Both the position numbers and the translations under genes were made by a program. The notes beneath the pieces are model-generated. The model was not told the DNA's origin. It saw nothing but the letters and a program-made list of their open reading frames with translations, and searched no databases. A stretch of DNA of 64,000 bases from a virus. Below, one piece after another: positions 59,020-64,000 of this stretch (position 1 is its first letter; every line of letters begins with the position of its first letter). The DNA lies in the IMG/VR virus record IMGVR_UViG_3300042937_000753, positions 1-64,000 of that record. One strand, given 5' to 3'.

Positions 59020-59207
59020 ACTTTTGCTTTTTGAATAAAATATTTTGCTACTTCAGGAATGTGTTTCTTGTAGTAAGGCTGTTCAGACTTACACCATTGT
59101 TTCACTTCATCCTTTGTATTAAACTTTTGGTACGGAAATGTTATTTCCAACTCTTTGATAAAATCATTTACAGTCCAACCTTCCCAGATGTGTCTGTCAT
59201 TACTCAT
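59016..59207 (-). CDS. Hypothetical protein (63 aa)
   Basis: HIWEGWTVNDFI..SEQPYYKK; coupled to neighbours. Confidence 0.6.
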   Translation of the reverse strand: MSNDRHIWEGWTVNDFIKELEITFPYQKFNTKDEVKQWCKSEQPYYKKHIPEVAKYFIQKAKV

Positions 59208-59208
59208 A

Positions 59209-59634
59209 TTATTTTATTTTAAAGAATCTTCCAAGTATGTTTCCATTTAAGAATTCTTCTTTCTCAAGAACTTCTCTTGTGAATTGATACTTAGTTTCAT
59301 AATATGTAAGTTCCATTTTGGAAAAACATATTTTAACCATAAATCTTTTAATCTTTAAACCAGCTTTATGAGCTTCTTTAAGAGTTATATTACTGCTATA
59401 GTAATTTTCATAACTAGGTTTTGTCACGGTGCTGTACTTTTTAGTTCTTTTATCAGTTATGTTTTCTAAAGCTTTTTTACCAAACTTCTTTTTAGTTACT
59501 GAGTAAAAGTTCTTCTTGCCCACATATCTTACAGACTTTCCATCAATAATAACTTCCATCTCATACACAAAGCCTATAGCTCCTTCTGGAATCATGCTAT
59601 CATTAAAAGGTCTTCCTTCATATAACCAACTCAT
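59209..59634 (-). CDS. GIY-YIG-like endonuclease
   Basis: GFVY..YVGKK..YYSS..YYETKYQ..FLNGNI. Confidence 0.7.
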   Translation of the reverse strand: MSWLYEGRPFNDSMIPEGAIGFVYEMEVIIDGKSVRYVGKKNFYSVTKKKFGKKALENITDKRTKKYSTVTKPSYENYYSSNITLKEAHKAGLKIKRFMVKICFSKMELTYYETKYQFTREVLEKEEFLNGNILGRFFKIK

Positions 59635-60611
59635 AATGCTTGTTTTAATAGTGGAATCAATACACTTCTTACAGCATCAATACCATGAACTTTTACTGAA
59701 TCAGATATATCTTTCTCCATAGGAAGATTAATTGTAATTACTCCAAACATTTTCTGATATTTTTGAGCAGCTTTCTGTCCTGCCTCATCATTATCAAATA
59801 ACACAAAAACACTTTTATAGTGCTTAATTACATTAACCATGTAATTTGTAGGAATCATTGAATTCTCACTGTCTGGAGAAATAGACTCGGCATCTGTAAG
59901 TTTTAATTTATTAAATGCCATCAAATCTTTCAAAGAAGATGTAATAACAAGAAACTTTTTATCACCTCTGAGTTGTTCACTACCTTGGATATAATCCCGG
60001 ACTTTTATGAATTTACTATCCTTTACTTTAGGTTGATAAATCTTATACAAAGTTCCATCCTTTTTAAAGTAACCATAAATATAGTTTGCACTAATATTCA
60101 TCTTTGTAGTAATACCTAAGTTATCTTCTTTGGTCATTGTATAAAATCCTAAAGGAGCTACATTATAGTGCTCTAACATTTTTGATCCAATTCCAAAAGC
60201 TGTCCAATAGTTTTGATCTAGGTTATTCCAGTGTCTTATTTCATAATCAGATACACTAAACTTACTATGAGCTTTTAATTCAATCACTGGTGCCGGTTCA
60301 TGAGTTTTAATATACTCACAGTAGTCATCAATAATTTTAAATGAAGCTCTAGCTCTACTTGGTAAATTAAATAGTGTTTGCACAAGATTTAATGCATCAC
60401 CACCATTACCTGTAGAAAAGTCTTTAAACTTATAGGTATTATTGTTATCCATATAAATATACATGGATGCTGTCTTTTCTCTACTATTGAAAATAGATTT
60501 AATTTTTACACTTTGACCAGATAGTTTTTCTGCTATCTGTAAATAAAATTCAAAGACCCACTCTTTAGGTATGTCTTCTAATTTTGCAATTAGATTTTTA
60601 GTAGAAATCAT
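59631..60611 (-). CDS. DNA primase (TOPRIM, crAss-like)
   Basis: FKDFSTGNGGD N-terminal domain; KIYQP; VITSSLKD; LFDNDEAG; EKDISD. Confidence 0.85.
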   Translation of the reverse strand: MISTKNLIAKLEDIPKEWVFEFYLQIAEKLSGQSVKIKSIFNSREKTASMYIYMDNNNTYKFKDFSTGNGGDALNLVQTLFNLPSRARASFKIIDDYCEYIKTHEPAPVIELKAHSKFSVSDYEIRHWNNLDQNYWTAFGIGSKMLEHYNVAPLGFYTMTKEDNLGITTKMNISANYIYGYFKKDGTLYKIYQPKVKDSKFIKVRDYIQGSEQLRGDKKFLVITSSLKDLMAFNKLKLTDAESISPDSENSMIPTNYMVNVIKHYKSVFVLFDNDEAGQKAAQKYQKMFGVITINLPMEKDISDSVKVHGIDAVRSVLIPLLKQAL

Positions 60612-60622
60612 AAGAATAAAAT

Positions 60623-60649
60623 AAAAAAGGGGGAAACTGATTTCCCCCT
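60623..60649 (-). terminator. Rho-independent terminator after the SSB-like gene
   Basis: Minus strand AGGGGGAAA-tcag-TTTCCCCCT followed by a T-run. Confidence 0.85.
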
Positions 60650-60664
60650 ATTAATTATTAATAA

Positions 60665-61351
60665 TTAATCTAGACTGAAATCAGAAGAAGTAGCAGTTGG
60701 TGTTGTGAAATCATCATCTCCACCAAAATTATTTACATCTCTTACTTCCAACTTTTTAAGATGTTTGCTTTCATCATAAGGAATTATTTTTCCTCCTTCA
60801 ATTTCACCATAAGCATATTTTCTATTTTCTGCCTTTGGAAGCCACATATCATAAGTTGTATAACCACTTTTGTTTAGATATTCTTTACCCGCAACACAAA
60901 ACTCAAGATATAGATCTTTAATTGGTGCTGTAGCATTAAATGCATCAACAAAAGTTTCAATAGTATCATGTTTACCATCTTGTCCAACAAACCAATCATT
61001 AATCCCTAGAGTTTTAGATAAACTCTGTAAAAAGATTAAAACTGATCTGTCTCTTTGAATTTTAATGCCGGATTTTGTTTCTCCATCTGCATAAGCATAT
61101 TGACTTGCTTTCACTCTACCAATTTGACCTTCAAAACGGCCTTTGCTTTCATCATCCTTGTCAAGCATAAAACCTTCAAAACCTTCAATAGGTGCGGTTT
61201 CTACATGTAGAATTAAATGTTTAGCTCCATCAATGAATCTAAAATCTTCTAGATCAATACTGTTAATTTTTAAAACATGATTACCTGGAGCAATTGTTTT
61301 TGCTAATGATGAGCCACCACCTGAGCCCAAATCTGTTGTACTTAAAGCCAT
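60665..61351 (-). CDS. Putative single-stranded DNA-binding protein
   Basis: Beta-rich body, acidic C-terminal tail (GGDDDF..SDFSLD), located between the AAA ATPase and primase genes. Confidence 0.5.
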   Translation of the reverse strand: MALSTTDLGSGGGSSLAKTIAPGNHVLKINSIDLEDFRFIDGAKHLILHVETAPIEGFEGFMLDKDDESKGRFEGQIGRVKASQYAYADGETKSGIKIQRDRSVLIFLQSLSKTLGINDWFVGQDGKHDTIETFVDAFNATAPIKDLYLEFCVAGKEYLNKSGYTTYDMWLPKAENRKYAYGEIEGGKIIPYDESKHLKKLEVRDVNNFGGDDDFTTPTATSSDFSLD

Positions 61352-61373
61352 AATTTACTTTTTTTATTTATTA

Positions 61374-61481
61374 TTACATTAGTATTGATACCAAATATCC
61401 TATTACTATAACGGATATTATAACTGAAATTACTTGTAATGTTGAATCAACACCATCTGGTTTCTTTTCTTCTTGTTTCAT
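61374..61481 (-). CDS. Small single-pass membrane protein (35 aa), missed by ORF track
   Basis: MKQEEKKPDGVDSTLQVISVIISVIVIGYLVSILM*; A-rich start, fills the intergenic gap. Confidence 0.65.
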   Translation of the reverse strand: MKQEEKKPDGVDSTLQVISVIISVIVIGYLVSILM

Positions 61482-61499
61482 TTTTTTGTTTTTAAATTG

Positions 61500-62222
61500 T
61501 TATACATAAATCTTATCCCAGTGAAACTCAAGTTCACCTTTGTCATTCATTTCAGAAACTACTATTTCTTCATTTCTTAAGTGTTCAGGTCTTGCACCGC
61601 AAGTTACTTCTTCACTAGTCTTAAAACTTAAAATAGTTTTATTTCCTTTTCTATACATGTAACCAATAGCATCTGCATTAGCACAAATCAAAGATTTGAT
61701 TTTACCAGTTAAATCTATATTAGCAGACATAACCATCTCACCCTTATCATCAACTACCTTGTCCTTAATGTGACCAGATAAAATAATGTGGGGAGCTAAG
61801 GTATCAATAAAATCTAAAACTTGAAAGAATGCTTCTCTAATATATAAATATCCTGCACCATTTGGTAAAGTAACTACAGTATCACCATCAAAGTTTTTAC
61901 CCATAGAAGTTTTTCTATAAAGTTTTACAGCTAAAGGCATTATCATAGTTTCTAAAGCAGTTACAGTATCTATAGTAATATACTTATAGGGCTTACCTGC
62001 TTCAATAATTGAATTACCGGTATCAATTAATTCTTTAAAAGTATTAGCTTTAATTTTAAGAGCTTCTACATAATCAGAACCATTTTCTAGATCAATAATT
62101 AAATTATTTTCTAGTCCAGCATAAGCAGTTGTTTTACCAGTTTTAGGTTTAGAATAAACAAGTAATCTTTTTGGATTAACTTGAGTTGCTTTTACTTTAT
62201 TTGTTGGAAGTACTATACTCAT
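61500..62222 (-). CDS. AAA_24 / Sak4-like ATPase (single-strand annealing recombinase family)
   Basis: YSKPKTGKTT, IIDLENGS, ITIDTVT, GAGY, ILSGH, ADAIGY. Confidence 0.8.
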   Translation of the reverse strand: MSIVLPTNKVKATQVNPKRLLVYSKPKTGKTTAYAGLENNLIIDLENGSDYVEALKIKANTFKELIDTGNSIIEAGKPYKYITIDTVTALETMIMPLAVKLYRKTSMGKNFDGDTVVTLPNGAGYLYIREAFFQVLDFIDTLAPHIILSGHIKDKVVDDKGEMVMSANIDLTGKIKSLICANADAIGYMYRKGNKTILSFKTSEEVTCGARPEHLRNEEIVVSEMNDKGELEFHWDKIYV

Positions 62223-62890
62223 ATTTCACTTTTTGATTTTCTAATTAAATCATTTAACCATGTTTTATCACTGACAGGTGTTACAAGCATAATAGCAGCA
62301 AAATCTTTAAGAGAAATATTTGCTAATGTTGTTGTAGTACTTTCTGCTACAACTTTGTCAATGTCAAAATCAGATCCTGCTAAATCTAATGTAGTTTCTT
62401 TCTTAGGAAACTCTTCTTCAAAATCAGGAAAAGGAGCTAAAGACTTTTGAAGTTTTGGTAAACCATCCTGAGCTTTTTTAGCTTCTTCTTTTCTCTTCTC
62501 ATAAAGAGAATAAGAAATTTCACTACCATCTGGTTGAATCATTATTAATTCACTAGATGAAATAATATAAACAGAATAACCAGGTCTTTCTCTTAATTCA
62601 TACTCTTCCGCATAGAATGGATTTGCTTTGAATTTAAACAAAGGTCTATCCTCTAGCATTGGACTATAATCCTTCTCTGCTCCTGCATCATCTCTAATTA
62701 CATCAATAAACTCCATATAAAGGTCTTCACCTTTCTTAAGCTCACTTTCATAAAGTTGAATGTTTCTTCCAAAACGGCCTTTCTCATAAAATGCCATTTT
62801 CAATGTAAAGCTTGGACTTGCCAACTTTAACTTTTTAAAAGTTTCTGCATGGTGTGCAAAATACTCTCTTTCTTTTTGTTTTCTATCCAT
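62219..62890 (-). CDS. Hypothetical protein (223 aa)
   Basis: ATGA overlap; C-terminal ISLKDFAAIM..PVSDKTWLNDLI. Confidence 0.65.
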   Translation of the reverse strand: MDRKQKEREYFAHHAETFKKLKLASPSFTLKMAFYEKGRFGRNIQLYESELKKGEDLYMEFIDVIRDDAGAEKDYSPMLEDRPLFKFKANPFYAEEYELRERPGYSVYIISSSELIMIQPDGSEISYSLYEKRKEEAKKAQDGLPKLQKSLAPFPDFEEEFPKKETTLDLAGSDFDIDKVVAESTTTTLANISLKDFAAIMLVTPVSDKTWLNDLIRKSKSEI

Positions 62891-62901
62891 AATTTAAATT
62901 T

Positions 62902-63933
62902 TTACTTTTTTGTACTTAATGAATTTACTGCTTGTGCTGGAGGATTAACTTCAATTATCCTCATGTTAGTTCTATCTAGCTTAAAAAAGCTCATCTTTGT
63001 AAGGCCATTTCTGGATTTCAAAAAGTGAAAAACAAGAAGATCATCATCATCAATGATATACTTGTCTGGTCCATAATGCCTAATTTTTCTAATAGAAGGT
63101 TTATTGATACCTAATACTACATCAGCATGTTGCAATAAAGCATCTGCCCCAAATAAATCAGAATCTAATACATAGTTTCCATATTCTCCATCTCTTTGTC
63201 TGTCAGGGGAATCTATGTTTCTATTGAGTTGACTTAACACTACAAAGGCTATAGGATAATGTTTTTTCATATAAGTAAGGGCTTCTCCAAGAGCATATAG
63301 CATCTCAAACTTATCTTTTTCTTGTCCTTTAGCTACTTTGAATAGTGCGGAGTGGTCAATAGTAACAAGCATGTTCTTGTATTTTTTAACCATTTTACCA
63401 TTTTTATCTTGTAACATTACTGCCCTCTTTTCCATTTCATTATGGATAGTAGCACACATTACATCAACTGTACATGGGTCATAAATAACTTCAACAATAT
63501 CTCTGTCTTTAGAGTTTTTATAAAGTTCAACACACTTATCAAATACTGCTTCATCTAAAGGTTCTGCCTTACTCATTAAAGAATTATAATCATACCCTGT
63601 ATTCAAACTCAGCTTTCTGATACCATTGGTTTCATCAAGCATTTCAAACTGAAACTTTAGCACTGTAAATTCATGGTCTTTATTAAGCTTGATGATATCA
63701 TCAATCAATTGTTCCATAAATAAAGTTTTACCAGTTCCCGGTCTAGCACCTACTACAGTGATAGTTCTCCATTCTAACCCATCACAAAATGCATCATTAA
63801 ATTTAGGCCAAGCACTTTTTAATGATTTCAATAGTCCTTTTCTTCTAGCATCTATCTTGTAGATTGCTTTTTTGAGAGCTTCTCTCTCACTGACTGGAAC
63901 CAGAGGTGCTGCTCCATTAAATAAATTTGCCAT
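62902..63933 (-). CDS. dnaB: DnaB-like (SF4) replicative helicase
   Basis: GARPGTGKT, FQFEM, VTIDH, LSQLNR, DLFGADALLQHAD, LKSRNG; lacks the cellular DnaB N-terminal domain. Confidence 0.92.
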   Translation of the reverse strand: MANLFNGAAPLVPVSEREALKKAIYKIDARRKGLLKSLKSAWPKFNDAFCDGLEWRTITVVGARPGTGKTLFMEQLIDDIIKLNKDHEFTVLKFQFEMLDETNGIRKLSLNTGYDYNSLMSKAEPLDEAVFDKCVELYKNSKDRDIVEVIYDPCTVDVMCATIHNEMEKRAVMLQDKNGKMVKKYKNMLVTIDHSALFKVAKGQEKDKFEMLYALGEALTYMKKHYPIAFVVLSQLNRNIDSPDRQRDGEYGNYVLDSDLFGADALLQHADVVLGINKPSIRKIRHYGPDKYIIDDDDLLVFHFLKSRNGLTKMSFFKLDRTNMRIIEVNPPAQAVNSLSTKK

Positions 63934-63934
63934 T

Positions 63935-64000
63935 TTATGATTTTTTAATTATTTCTACTTTTGCTAGGTTATACATTTCATGAAATAAAGTAATTATCAA
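63935..64000 (-). CDS. 3' end of an upstream gene (partial)
   Basis: Open frame LIITLFHEMYNLAKVEIIKKS* ending 1 nt before the helicase start. Confidence 0.5.
   Translation of the reverse strand: MIITLFHEMYNLAKVEIIKKS

Noticed and set aside
1605-62450. Numerous 60-160 aa antisense or alternative-frame ORFs nested in large genes
   Set aside because: They have shadow-ORF composition (S/F/L/I-rich), expected from the codon bias of the sense genes, and no recognisable motifs.
1-64000. Stop-codon reassignment, as in some crAss-like phages
   Set aside because: Multi-kilobase ORFs are intact under code 11. TAG (21387) and TGA both end genes at overlaps with the next start.
1-64000. CRISPR array, tRNA genes, diversity-generating retroelement, integrase or transposase
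   Set aside because: No regularly spaced repeats, no intergenic space with a cloverleaf, and no reverse transcriptase or recombinase motifs were seen by eye.

Overview
A 64 kb, AT-rich segment of a crAss-like (Crassvirales-related) phage genome, probably infecting Bacteroidota (A-rich translation starts without Shine-Dalgarno, a TAnnTTTG promoter element). It reads in the standard genetic code and has two convergent modules meeting near 46.64 kb. The plus strand (1-46631) carries virion genes: a partial tail stabilisation-like protein, four GG-motif cargo proteins (651, 2293, 1235, 824 aa), a glycine-zipper ejection protein, three giant ejection proteins including the DFDID virion RNA polymerase, and a small basic protein. 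The minus strand (46653-64000) carries replication/early genes: DnaB helicase, AAA ATPase, SSB-like protein, primase, GIY-YIG nuclease, VWA-metallopeptidase plus MoxR ATPase, PD-(D/E)XK nuclease, family B DNA polymerase and a MazG-like pyrophosphatase. The most striking signal is two apparent head-to-tail coupling systems that follow gene order. (1) The three giant ejection proteins (about 8,360 aa) contain only four cysteines by manual scan, all at termini facing the neighbouring protein, suggesting a disulfide-linked chain. (2) The four GG-motif proteins carry matching C-terminal and N-terminal tags in daisy-chain arrangement, each separated from its payload by a PhixxGG motif. One payload is a polyvalent effector array (ART-like, kinase-like, zincin, nucleotidyltransferase). 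All functional assignments come from manual motif reading, with no database searches.
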